The notes under the pieces: generated by a model
The model's database searches: none
What the model saw: the letters and a program-made list of their open reading frames with translations, nothing else
Told to the model about the DNA's origin: nothing
Program-made: the position numbers and the translations under genes
In this document: piece by piece, positions 9,482 through 20,736 of the stretch
Layout of the letters: each line of letters starts with the position of its first letter
Position numbering within the stretch: position 1 is the stretch's first letter
NCBI GenBank assembly: GCA_963663405.2
Contig: CAXXSM010000144.1
Span: 22,082-86,081, forward strand
Origin: a bacterium
GTDB lineage: Bacteria; Hinthialibacterota; Hinthialibacteria; Hinthialibacterales; Hinthialibacteraceae
Length of the DNA stretch: 64,000 nucleotides
Direction of reading: 5' to 3'

Positions 9482-12400
9482 TTATTCGGGAATTCCTACA
9501 GCGTCCGCGGCGCCTAAGGCGGCTACCTCCGCCGCGGTCATCGCGTAGTCACGAATCTGTAGGCTGTTGATATAACCATTGGCGTTTTGTTCGTTATCAT
9601 CCGCAAATATCAAAAAAGTCTCCAGATAGTGAGAAGCGGCCGTCCAACGCAATTTGCGTGAGTGTTTGAACGGGCATTCCGTCGATGTAACTTGTCATCG
9701 TGCCGGCAGCCCCGTCTACAACCAACGCTACACGGTACCATGTTGTGTTAGCGATGACGCCGCCGAAACTTTCATCGACGCCAATACCATTATTACTGGC
9801 GAACCAGTCCGCATTGTCGCTATTATCCGAAGACGTTTGCAATAAGGCCACTTGCCCTTGCGGTTTTGAATCCAGCGAGATGTCCATGATGATCGAGTAC
9901 TGATTCACATTGGCGCCGCCGCCGTTCGCGGTGATCTGGTTCGGTACATTGAAATACGTACCCCGGATGAATCGCGCCACCTCACCACGTTCCTGATTGA
10001 TCGTGACATTTCGATAGGAGACCGATGGACTGGATGAGGGAGCGGCCGCTCCCATACTCAGGGCTTGTCCACCGGCTGTAGAGGATGTCAGATCACCGTT
10101 GAATTCCCAATTATAAATCATCGACAATGGGGTATTCGTCGGTGTCGCGGTATTGGTCGGCGTCGCGGTTGGTGTCGGTGTCTCTGTGGGCAACTCGGTC
10201 TCCGTGGCCGTCGGAGTACTTGTCGGATAGATCGTACCCGTCTGAGTTGGGACCGGTGTCAATGTGTCCGTCGGAACCGGCGTCGCTGTCGGTGTTAATG
10301 TTTCGGTCGGTGTCATGGATGGCGTCAGTGTGTTTGTCGGAGTCGGTGTCGCTGTGGCTCCTGGAATAAGAATACCGTCCGCATCCGCGGCGCCCAGAGC
10401 GGCGATCGACGCGGCGGTCATCGGCATATTCCACATTTGTACGCTATTCACGATAACGTTTCCATTTTGCTGATTATCGTCGGCGAACAGAAGCGCGGTC
10501 GCTCCCAGCGCAAACCGTCCATCCAATGCGATTTGAGTGAGAGTCTGCACAGGCGCGCCGTTGATATAACTCGTCATCGTTCCAGCGGCCGCGTCGACAA
10601 CCAGCGCCAATCGGTACCAAGTCATGTCGGCGATCGCGCCTCCAAAACTTTCGTCCACGCCAACACCGTTGCCACTGATGAACCAGTCCGCATTGTCAGA
10701 GTTGGACGGATTGGTTTGTAAGAGGGAGACAAATCCAGTCGGTTTGGACTCGACCAGAACGTCCATGATGATCGTGTATTTATTCACCAGTGCGCCGCCC
10801 CCATTCGCTTCGAACCCGTGGTTCGCGCTCAAATACGTGCCTCGCGCTAAGCGGGCCGTTGTGGCGCTTTCCTGGTTGATTGTACGATCACGGTACGTGA
10901 TCGACGGAGAGCTAGCTGGCGCCACCGCGCCCGGTGTGAGAGCGGTCCCACCTGTTGAGGACGCCAGATTTCCATTGAATTCCCAATGGGAGAAGGTAAC
11001 CGGCTGAGGCGCTGGTGTGTCTGTTGGAGCCGGTGTGTTTGTTGGCCCTGGTGTGTCCGTCGGCGTCGCGGTTGGTTCGGGCGTTACGCCTTCAACAGGT
11101 GTGTCTGTTGGAGCCGCAGTTGGTGGAACCGGTGTGTTTGTCGGCGTTGGTAGCGTTAATTCAATGGGGATACCCGCTGCGCTAACGCTGCCCAAATTCG
11201 CGATTTGTTCCGCAGTCAAAGCGTAATTCCGCATCTGGAGGCTGTTGATATATCCACTTGCGTTCTTCTCGCCACCGTCCGCTAGAATCAACGCGTTTGG
11301 AGCCAGCGACCAGCGGCCATCCAGGGTGACTCCCGTCATGGTCTGCACAGGAGAACCATCGATATAACTGGTCATGGTCCCCGCGACAGCGTCGATTACG
11401 AGCGCGATTCGATACCATGCCCGGTTGCTGACAACGCCACCATAACTTTCATCAATGCCAACGCCGTTTCCACTCGCGAACCAATCCGCGTCACCGGCGT
11501 TGTCTTCATCCGTTTGCAGAAGTCCCACGCGGCCCATCGGTTTGGAATCCACCCAAATATCCATGATCAGGGTGTACTGATTCACGAGTGAACCACCGCC
11601 ATTTGGCAGGAATCCATGGGGCACGCGGAAATACGTTCCACGAGTAACACCGGGCTGTGTAGGGCCCTTTCTTGATTGATTGTTCGTTCCGTATAACTGA
11701 TTTCAGCGGAAACTCGCTGGAGCTGCGGCTGACAGTTCAAGCGTGGCGCCACCGTTGGAGGAACTCAGGTCCGTTGTGAAATCCCACTGATATACGAGTT
11801 GGGGCTGAGGCGTTGTTGTTGGGACAAGGGTCGCTGTCGGAGTGGGAGACGCCGTCGAAGTCGGTTCCGGTGTATCTGTTGGCGGCAGTGTGGGGGACTG
11901 GAGTTCCCGGCACAGTCGGCGTATCCGTCGGAACCGGTTGTGTTCGTCGGAGTCGGTTCCGCGGTGTCTTGCGGTATACCAGCGGCGGATGCGGCGCCTA
12001 GATTCGCGATCTCTTCCGCGGAGAGAGCGCGTAATTCCGGCATTTGAACGCTGTTGATATATCCACTATCGTTTTCTTCATTATTATCTGGCCAGCAACA
12101 AGACCGTCGGATCGAGCGACCAACGCCCATCCAGTTCGATCTGCGTAAGCGTTTGAACCGGCGCGCCATCGATGTAACTGATCAATGTGCCTGCAACCGC
12201 GTCCACGACCAATGCGACACGGTACCAAGCCCGATCTTCAATCGTTCCACCGAAGCTTTCATCTACACCGATTCCGTTGCCGCTCACGAACCAATCCGCG
12301 TCATCGGAATTGTCCGAACTGGCTTGCAATAGGGCCGCTTTCCCCAAGAGGTTTCGCATCCACCCAGATATCCATGATAACGGTGTATTGATTGACTTTC

Positions 12401-14153
12401 TGCCCACCGCCGTTGGGATCAAAGGCCGTGTGTCGCGATCAGATACGTTCCACGGGTGAACCGGGCTGTTTCCGCTCTCTCTCCTGGTTAATTGTTCGTT
12501 CAGTGTAGCTAATTTCAGGTGAGCTCGCTGGCGCCGGTATACTCCATTTCAAGACTGGCGCCGCCCGGAGGTCGTGGCGTCTAAATTCTCTCGAGAAATC
12601 CCACTGGATTACCGCGGGTGGTTGCGGAGTCACGGTCGCCGTTGGAGTGAATGTCGCTTTCGGGAGGCAGTGTATTGGTTGGGCTCGAGGGTATCCACCG
12701 GCGTTGGAGTTGGTTCCGGCGCGGTTGGATGATCCATCGCGGCTAAATATATTGATCCACTCGTCGGATTCACAGCGCCGGTAAATGCGATTAATCCACT
12801 TTGTGTTCCGATAATGTTTGTTATACTGTTGACGCTCGCGGCCGTCAAAGTCCCACTTTAATCGGCCGGTATTTGGATTGCGGAGCGAGCAGATTGGCGG
12901 AAACATCCGTCCCGCTGACCGAGACGATGCAACCCCGTTCCCACGACCATAACTCATCGCCATCATCCAGATCGCCATTGAATTCACCCGCTCCGCAATA
13001 CTGACGGAACCGGAGGGATTGATGGCTTTCGGAAAAGAACGCTGATCACACTCCGCGATGGACGCATGAAGCCCGTGATAGTTCCTTCTTCTAAAACAGG
13101 GTTCGATGACGCCGATCACATTGATCGGAGCCGTGTTGCGGGGATCTTGATCTTCTTCGCTTCCGTGTTGACGGTTGTTGCCTTGGCTCGCAGCGATAAT
13201 TTCGTTCTGGCCATCGCCGTTCAGATCCGCCACAACCATTTCAACGCCGCCATTGCCACGGAATTTTGGTTCGAATCCCGCGTAGGAATACCGGGTTCCA
13301 ATTCCATAACTCTCATTAATATTCAAAACGTGGAAAATCGTCTGGGATGTGACACTGTTCGTTTGGCCGACCAGCAGTTCATCGTCGCCGTCTCCATCCA
13401 GATCACCAGCCGCCAATGATAAGCCTCCATTCGCGTTTTGCTCTTGGGCATTGTCGGATAAACCATTGAATTGGCCCACCACTGCCCAGCCATTCGGCGC
13501 GGCTTGGCCTGTGTAAGTGTAAATCCGGATGACGCCGTTTCCTCCATACCCCTGTGCGACAGCGATTTCATTCGATCCGTTACCGTTGAAGTCTCCAACC
13601 GCTGTCCGCACTTCTCCGCCGTTATAGTTCACGGCGCTTTCATCGCCCATTGGGAAGGCTTTCAAACGTATGGCCGATCACTTCTTTGGTCGAGCCGTCC
13701 CGTGGAATGATGATGTTCGGATAAATCGGCCCTTCCGCTGTGATAGGTCCTAGAGAAGCGACGATATCGGGTACACCGTCATTATTCACATCACCAGTGG
13801 AGATATATGTAATTCGTCCGGTTCCGCCGCCAATCGCGTCCCGAAACGCTCCACCCGCCGCTTTGAACGATAATATGATGGAAGTGAGTGTACCCGCATC
13901 GGCGTTTAGATTCCGCACATTCACCAATGTTTCGCCCCCCAATCCTTGGGACAAGACGAGATCCTGAATTCCATCTCCTGCATTGTTTGTCTGTGTTTGT
14001 ATCGCAACGGATAAAGTACCGGGTTAACGCTACCGAGGCGGACACGTTCATCGCGCATAGGCTTACTACTATCAATGTCGATAGAATAGACCAATACGCA
14101 TAACGATGTCTCATACTCCTAAGAGACAAACCTTCAAACAAGTTTCGGCTCAT
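9482..14153 (-). CDS. Giant secreted protein: FG-GAP repeats + four LamG/ConA-like domains with Pro/Thr linkers; multiply frameshifted in this sequence
   Basis: GDFNGNG/GDLDGDG/ADLNGDG motifs; four copies of WEFNG...NGGG..VNQYTxxMD...WYRxALVVD...YIDG...NSLQxR; final frame ends GAADAVGIPE* at 9482. Confidence 0.75.
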
Positions 14154-14535
14154 GACAGTTCCTTTCTATTTTTTCTTTTTTTTATCTGAATCCCTCACGG
14201 GAACAATCCATTTCAGTGTTCTAATTCAGAACACAACTCACACACCGCTCCTTCATTTGGACCGGGTTCCAATCCATCATACCTCATTCCACGCATGTAT
14301 GTAAAGACAATAATTTAAAAAGTTTGGATAAATATTCACACTTTCCTTTCAATTCCATAGTTCGCTTGGGAATGATTTACTTTCGTGAATCATTTATCGA
14401 TTAAATTTTCTTCTTTTTTACCATAATAATTGTGTAATGAACCTTTGCATTCAGTTAATTTAACGCACTTTACAGTATGTATGTATCGATGTCAAGCAAT
14501 TGCTTCGATTAAATTATTTTTATTTTTGTTAAAAT

Positions 14536-14620
14536 TTTGTATGATAAGGAATCTCTTGAACCATCTCATTCACAAACTCTTCCACGAATCATTTTCATTT
14601 GCACGTTATGATCTCAATCA
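14536..14620 (-). repeat. Degenerate copy of repeat family A
   Basis: Reverse complement reads TGATTGAGATCATAACGTGCAAATGAAAATGATTCGTGGAAGAG...TGAGATGGTT. Confidence 0.7.
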
Positions 14621-14750
14621 ATTTTCATTCTTCATCAAGCGTAATCTATCGCAGAAAGTTTTCCTCTTCAAAACTTACCTAAAATTAATGGAGAAATAAA
14701 CATATCAGCCAAATATAATCTTTTGCTTCTATTATACGTAGCGCATGATC

Positions 14751-17432
14751 TCACATCTGCCTGGCTTCTTCCACCAGCTCATTCAACATCTGCCACGCTT
14801 CCACAGGCGATAGCGTATTAATATCGATATCACTCAATCGCGCTCTGAGCGGTTCTTCCAGCATGGAAAAGAGCGAGATCTGATACCGGTCGCTTTCATT
14901 GACAACGGGGGCTGTGAGATGTTCACCGTTTTCCAGCCGTTTCAGGATCTTCCGCGCGCGGTTCGTAACTCGCTTGGGCACACCGGCGAGATCGGCCACG
15001 TGTATCCCATATGAATGATCCGTGTAACCCGGCGCAATGCGGTACAGAAACCGCACCGATCCTCCCTCTTCACTCACCTGTACATGATAGTTACTTACGC
15101 GTTTGTGCGTGTTCTCAAGCGCCGCTAGTTCATGATAATGGGTAGCGAAAAGGGTTTTAACTCCTTTACCTCGTACGCCGTGCAGGTATTCTACAATCGC
15201 CCATGCGAGGTGAAACGCCGTCGAATGTGCTGGTTCCCCGGCCGATTTCATCAAGAATGACAAGGCTTTTCGGCGTTGCGCTGGTAAGAATGTGCGCCGC
15301 CTCACTCATTTCAACCATGAATGTGGATCGCCCGCGCGCTAGATCATCCGAAGCGCCTACCGGCCTGAACAAACGGTCTACAACGCCGATCGACGCCGAT
15401 TGTGCGGGGACGAATGAACCGGTCTGCGCGAGCAGTACAATCAACGCCACTTGGCGGATAAACGTCGATTTTCCCGCCATATTCGGCCCCGTGATGATTA
15501 ATACCTGCCCTTTCTCTTGACAAAGAAGACAATCATTCGGAACAAATTGATCCACGGCCGGTGATTGTTCTAAAACGGGATGCCGACCCTCTTTGATCTC
15601 AATCGTCCCATTATCCGTAATCTCCGGGCGGCAATATTGATATCGCGAAGCCGCTTCCGCCATGCTTTGATAGACATCCAACCGCGCCAACAATCGAGCC
15701 AGGCGTTTTTAATCGCGGACCATATCCTCGCACACTTTCCAATACTTGTTGGAGCAGAGTATACTCGACTTCTTTAATGCGGTCTTCCGCATGAAGCACT
15801 TTCGCTTCAAATTCTTTCAATTCGGGTGTGATAAACCGCTCGGAATTGGTCAGAGTCTGTTTTCGGATATAATGGTCCGGCGCTTTGTCTTTATGAATAT
15901 TGGTTATTTCAATGTAATATCCAAATATTTTATTGTATGAGACTTTAAGCGATGGTATATCCGTCTTTTTCCGTTCTTGTTCCTGCAGCCGGGCGATATA
16001 CCCTCTCCCATCTTTCCGGATCGCCCGCAGTTCATCCAATTCCTCATCGTATCCGTCACGGATCATCCCCCCTTCCCGCACGGTCAACGGTGGGTTCTCC
16101 TGCAATGCCGAGGCAAGCAGTTCCCGTATCTCCATCACCGGATCCAATAATTCCCCCGCAGGAGACACCGTTTCACTTTGATCGTCCGCTTCGTCCTTCT
16201 CCCGTAACCCCCGCCGGATCACCGAATCCTCCCCCACTTCTGATAGGAATTGATTTAACTGTGGGATCGATTCCAGCGTTACCCGCAGCATGGTCAAATC
16301 CCGCGCGTTGGCGTTTCCAAAGATCACCCGGCCCAGCAAACGCTCCAGATCGTGAACCATCCGCATCGCTTTACGAAACTGATCACGGATCTGAGGCTGC
16401 TCATAAAAAAACACGTACAACTTCCTGCCGGATTCGTATCTTCTCCGCGTCCACCAATGGCCGCACGATCCATTGCTTGAGAAGCCGTCCCCCCATTGGC
16501 GTAACGGTCTGATCGATCACGCCCAGCAGCGAAAACTTTTTCCCCCCTTCTCCAGCGCTGCGCAGCAGTTCAAGATTACGCTCTGTGCTCTTGTCGATAA
16601 CGAGATATGCGTTTCGCCGGTACAACTCAAGAACTTTGATGTATTGAAGCGTTTCCTTTTGATTATCCTTAAGATACGTATAAATCGCCGCCGCCGCCGC
16701 ATGAGCCAATTCCCGTTCGGATTGGGCTATTTTAATATCCGGATCGTGTTCTTCATCTATACCCGCAGCGGTGAATAATTCACTCGAAAACGCTTCAGGC
16801 GGCAAATCGGTAATTAAACAATCGGCGTGTGAACGGATCTGTTTCTCAAACGAAGCGTCTCCCGCATTGGCGGTCTCTACAATCAATTCGCTGGGATTCA
16901 GCGTCCCCAATTCCGCCAAAATGGTCCGCCAACTCTCATTTCCATTTTCCCAAGTCGCGCGAAACTCCCCCGTCGTAACATCGATACAGGCCAATCCCCA
17001 TCCATACAAATTTCCATTGTATAGAGCCGCGAGATAATTATTCTCTTTCCCATCAATAACGTCAGCGTCGATTATCGTTCCTGGAGAGATTGTCCGCGTC
17101 AATTCGCGGTTAAGAAGTTTTTTCCCTTTTTGCGGTTCTTCCGTCTGTTCGCAGATAGCGACCCGGTATCCTTTCCTCGTCAGCCGATAGATGTAATTTT
17201 GTATCGCATGATAGGGAACTCCCGCCAATGGAACGGTTTTTCCCTGCCCGGTGGATTTTTTCGTCAACGCGATATCCAGCGCCTCCGCCGCTTTTACAGC
17301 GTCATCCATGAACATCTCATAAAAATCACCGCACCGGAACAACAAAATCGCATCCCCACAGCGCTCTTTCATCGAAAGATACTGCCGCATCATAGGAGAA
17401 TAATCTTCAATCGGTCTTGAAACAGATTTCAT
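14751..17432 (-). CDS. mutS: DNA mismatch repair protein MutS, split into four ORFs by three frameshifts
   Basis: [63 protein letters not shown]. Confidence 0.95.
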
Positions 17433-17457
17433 ATTTTTTCAAACTAAAGGTAGGAAG

Positions 17458-17516
17458 GTAGGGTGGGCTAAATACCGGCGCTTGCGCCGGAGTCTTTAAG
17501 CGAAGCGTAGCCCACC
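17458..17516 (+). repeat. GTAG-type REP-like hairpin containing a nested mini-hairpin
   Basis: GTAGGGTGGGCTA...TAGCCCACC enclosing CCGGCGC-TT-GCGCCGG. Confidence 0.7.
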
Positions 17517-17570
17517 ATTTTTTTGCTAATCCATCCTAAAATCTTCCTCTCATAAAACCGGGATATCCAA

Positions 17571-18836
17571 TCAATCCTTCTTAAACATATAAACATGTAC
17601 TCCCAATCCCTCAAACTCATCAAAGAATGAACCGTCCTTGACCGCAACGCGCCGGTCTTCCCCCAAAACAGTGAGATATTCCGCCGCTCCCAGTTCCACC
17701 GGCAGGTTGGTAAAATCCGCCGCCGCCGGATCGATACCGGTATTGGCCGCGATTAGATAAATTCCATCCGGCGCTTCTTTGCAAAGTATTTCTATCCCCG
17801 CCGCGATTGTTGAGCCTCGTTCGTGATACCGTAATTCCATATCATTCGCTAACGTGGGACTGAGTAACACAGGCGCCAAAGCGTTTATTTCATTAAGGAC
17901 GCGGCTCAGGTTCTTCACGAACTCGTGCTCGCCGGGAACCGTATGCAATCCCCAATACATCAGACCATTGGCGCCATGTATGATAGCGTTATAGGCCATA
18001 AAACGCGATTGAGCGTAGCTGGGAAAAATCACATGTTCGGGATTACGGTTATTGGCTTCGCGAGTGTATTCCCACGAAAATCCCTGGAGCACAAGAAACA
18101 CGGGCTGATTGTCAAACGCGACCTCTTTCATTTTATCCACATATTCCCCTACGCAGCTGGGCGTTTGATTGGGGAGGTCTCCATGCCGCCCATCCGGCGT
18201 GATCGCATAGGTAGTTTTCATGTCGGGATCAAGGATTGGATAGATATCCGCACAGACGATATCGCAGGCTGTGCTGTACTTTTGCAACGTTTCCACCATG
18301 TTGCGGGGCGCGTGATTTAAGTAGACAGGGTGATTGGGATCTAATTGTTTGAGAAATTGGTAGCCTTTCGTCAATCCTTCCGCCGTAGCCCGCGCTTTGG
18401 CGGGGGCTTTATTGGTCCATGCGGGCTCATCCATGCTTTCCCAGAAGAGCAGGGCAGGGTGTTCCCGTAGCGCTTTTACAATCCGTTCCACGCCCTGTTC
18501 CTTCTCGGTTTGATTCCCGGAATCAAAATCGAGGCGGCTTCCGAATGAACTCCAGACATACAGACCCAATTCCTGCGCTTTATCCCACTCCTCCCGTTTC
18601 GCCGAAGAATGGATCAGGTTAAATCCCATCGTCTTCCCATCTTCCATCGAAAAACCTTTTGGAAGACCATAGGCCCCAATCACGAAAACAGGCTCTCCAT
18701 TCACTTCCAGAAAATTATCCCGCCCAACACGGACAACGGATTCCCCAAAAGTCACTTCAGAAAATGAACAAAACGATCCTAACAAGAAGAAAATAACGAG
18801 AACACGAATATTACACGATTTAGCTAAAGCAAACAT
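17571..18836 (-). CDS. Secreted glycoside-hydrolase-like TIM-barrel protein
   Basis: VNGEPVFVIGAY, HPALLFWESMDEP, DIYP, AYNAIIHGANGLMYW. Confidence 0.6.
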   Translation of the reverse strand: MFALAKSCNIRVLVIFFLLGSFCSFSEVTFGESVVRVGRDNFLEVNGEPVFVIGAYGLPKGFSMEDGKTMGFNLIHSSAKREEWDKAQELGLYVWSSFGSRLDFDSGNQTEKEQGVERIVKALREHPALLFWESMDEPAWTNKAPAKARATAEGLTKGYQFLKQLDPNHPVYLNHAPRNMVETLQKYSTACDIVCADIYPILDPDMKTTYAITPDGRHGDLPNQTPSCVGEYVDKMKEVAFDNQPVFLVLQGFSWEYTREANNRNPEHVIFPSYAQSRFMAYNAIIHGANGLMYWGLHTVPGEHEFVKNLSRVLNEINALAPVLLSPTLANDMELRYHERGSTIAAGIEILCKEAPDGIYLIAANTGIDPAAADFTNLPVELGAAEYLTVLGEDRRVAVKDGSFFDEFEGLGVHVYMFKKD

Positions 18837-18930
18837 AAAACACCTCGCGATAAAATGTGATGATTGAAAACATCAGAATGAGTGTCTTCAAGTAAATAAC
18901 TGATGTTAAGCAACTTTATTGATTGAGATT

Positions 18931-19183
18931 TTTTTGTCTGAATCCGGATGGCCAGGACAACCAGGATATACAGGATAGGTATTATCAGAGTGATATTGAT
19001 CATCGAATAGTAAAATTCGTACTCAAAGTTTTTTATCCTGGTTATCCTTTTCATCTTGGGTATCCAGATTCAGACAAAAGCGGATTCAGAGAAGAACTTC
19101 AATCTATTGGTTTGCGTAACATCTGTAAATAATTCCTATCCTGAATATCCGAAATATCTTGACCATCCAGATTCAGACAAAAA
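18931..19183. repeat. MITE/REPIN-like element with ~49-bp imperfect terminal inverted repeats plus an internal copy
   Basis: TTTTTGTCTGAATCCGGATGG...CAGGATAGG (18931-18979) is inverted to 19135-19183; third arm at 19034-19079. Confidence 0.8.
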
Positions 19184-19319
19184 CGCTAATCAACCATTAT
19201 AAAATAGCAATAATCATTGTATAGATTAAAGTAATCTAAATAATCCAGTGTCTTACAAGATATCGTGATTTCGATTAAAGTGAATGAAACCAGGCAATGA
19301 ATAAAATTCTTCAAAAACT

Positions 19320-20579
19320 ATGAGCATTATCATTGATCTAATATTTAGTGGAATCTTCGGCGCAAGCGCGTTTGCGATCGCCGCGTTTCCAATACTGGGC
19401 GCTTCGTTGTTAATCGTATCATCGACATTAGAAACCGCCGTGATCTCTTTCGGTTCCTGGCAAGGCGCTTTGGTGGATGGAGCGCTTGCTTTGTATCTTG
19501 CGGGATGCGCCCTGCGCTTGATCCTTGTTCGAAAAAAAGAGATCGGTTCTTTTTTCTATCCTCTAGCGGCGATCGTATTTACTGGATTTCTATCGGTGCT
19601 CTTCTGTTTAAATCCACTTTCAGCGGCGTGGTCCGCTTTTCGTATCACTAGTTACGCCGCAGCGGCGTATTTCTTTTCCGTGACAATCAACCGGCAAAGC
19701 AAAGCCGGCTGGATTCTTGCGCTCCTATTTCTAAGCGCCATCATCTCCGCGCTGCTTTCTATCATGCAATGGGTCCGGGCGGACGATCCAAGCCTAATCC
19801 ATGTCTCCGGTGGATTCTCAGATTGGAATTTCTATCCAATTTTCCTCGCCTCGCTCTCCCCATTCTGGATCTATCAGGCGTTGCGTTTCAAACATACGGC
19901 AGGGGAGACACTCTTTCTCATTTTCTTCTATCTAATGCTTCTGCTTGCTCTTGGAGTGGGCTCACGCAGTGGAACGGCGATTGTTGTGTTCGCGTATCTA
20001 TGGATGGCTGGCGCCGGTCCATTAAAAAAGAAGCATATGACCTGGCTCCTCCCCATCGTTCTCGTTGGTGTAGCGCATCTTTCGTATAATGGATGGTTTA
20101 CGTCTGTTCCCTGGTCGAAACGGGCGGCGGATTGGATCGCGAGCCCACGCATGCAGGAACGGGCGGTCTCTGGCTTGACTGCGCTGCGTGTAGCTACCGG
20201 GCGCCCTTTGTTTGGCGCAGGAGTTGGTCAGTTTGATGAATACATCGAGTGGGCAAATCCGGATCTGTCGTATCTTGGATCATCAACGCAATCGTCTATC
20301 TTGTTAATCCCTGCAGAAACCGGTCTATTAGGACTCTTCGCATATGTCTTCCTGATCGTTTCTCTTTTTTCCATTTCAAAAAAAAGAGATGTAGAGAATG
20401 AAGAACAACTCCAACTAAAATCTACAACCATTAAAGCTTCAATCAGCATCGTTATCGCCGCATCTCTAATATGCGTTATCCACACCCACCTTTATATCTG
20501 GCTCCTGCTCGGATTTCTTTACGCTATGGACCACGCAGGTATCCAGCCCGTGAAAAACAATAACAATTCCAATCTATAA
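19320..20579 (+). CDS. O-antigen ligase/Wzy_C family membrane protein
   Basis: Multi-TM; GGFSDWN, GSRSG, PLFGAGVGQF, AETGLLG. Confidence 0.75.
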   Translation: MSIIIDLIFSGIFGASAFAIAAFPILGASLLIVSSTLETAVISFGSWQGALVDGALALYLAGCALRLILVRKKEIGSFFYPLAAIVFTGFLSVLFCLNPLSAAWSAFRITSYAAAAYFFSVTINRQSKAGWILALLFLSAIISALLSIMQWVRADDPSLIHVSGGFSDWNFYPIFLASLSPFWIYQALRFKHTAGETLFLIFFYLMLLLALGVGSRSGTAIVVFAYLWMAGAGPLKKKHMTWLLPIVLVGVAHLSYNGWFTSVPWSKRAADWIASPRMQERAVSGLTALRVATGRPLFGAGVGQFDEYIEWANPDLSYLGSSTQSSILLIPAETGLLGLFAYVFLIVSLFSISKKRDVENEEQLQLKSTTIKASISIVIAASLICVIHTHLYIWLLLGFLYAMDHAGIQPVKNNNNSNL

Positions 20580-20736
20580 TGTTTTTCCCAGTCCTGCGCT
20601 GATGTGTTCAAAATATGAATTAATTCACTAATTTATATGCTTAAAAAAATGGTTAATCCCTAGATTTTATGGAGTATAATGATATAATAATTTACAATTT
20701 GGAATGAAATATTGTGAATGAAAGGGGTATCAATTC

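Noticed and set aside
10120-10360. ACN-CCN-type low-complexity repeat as a separate element
   Set aside because: It simply encodes the Pro/Thr linker of the LamG protein
14430-14699. 89-aa ORF; likewise the ORFs at 5456-5647, 18824-19132, 48039-48236 and 62050-62301
   Set aside because: They lie over AT-rich intergenic DNA or non-coding repeats, with no recognisable motifs
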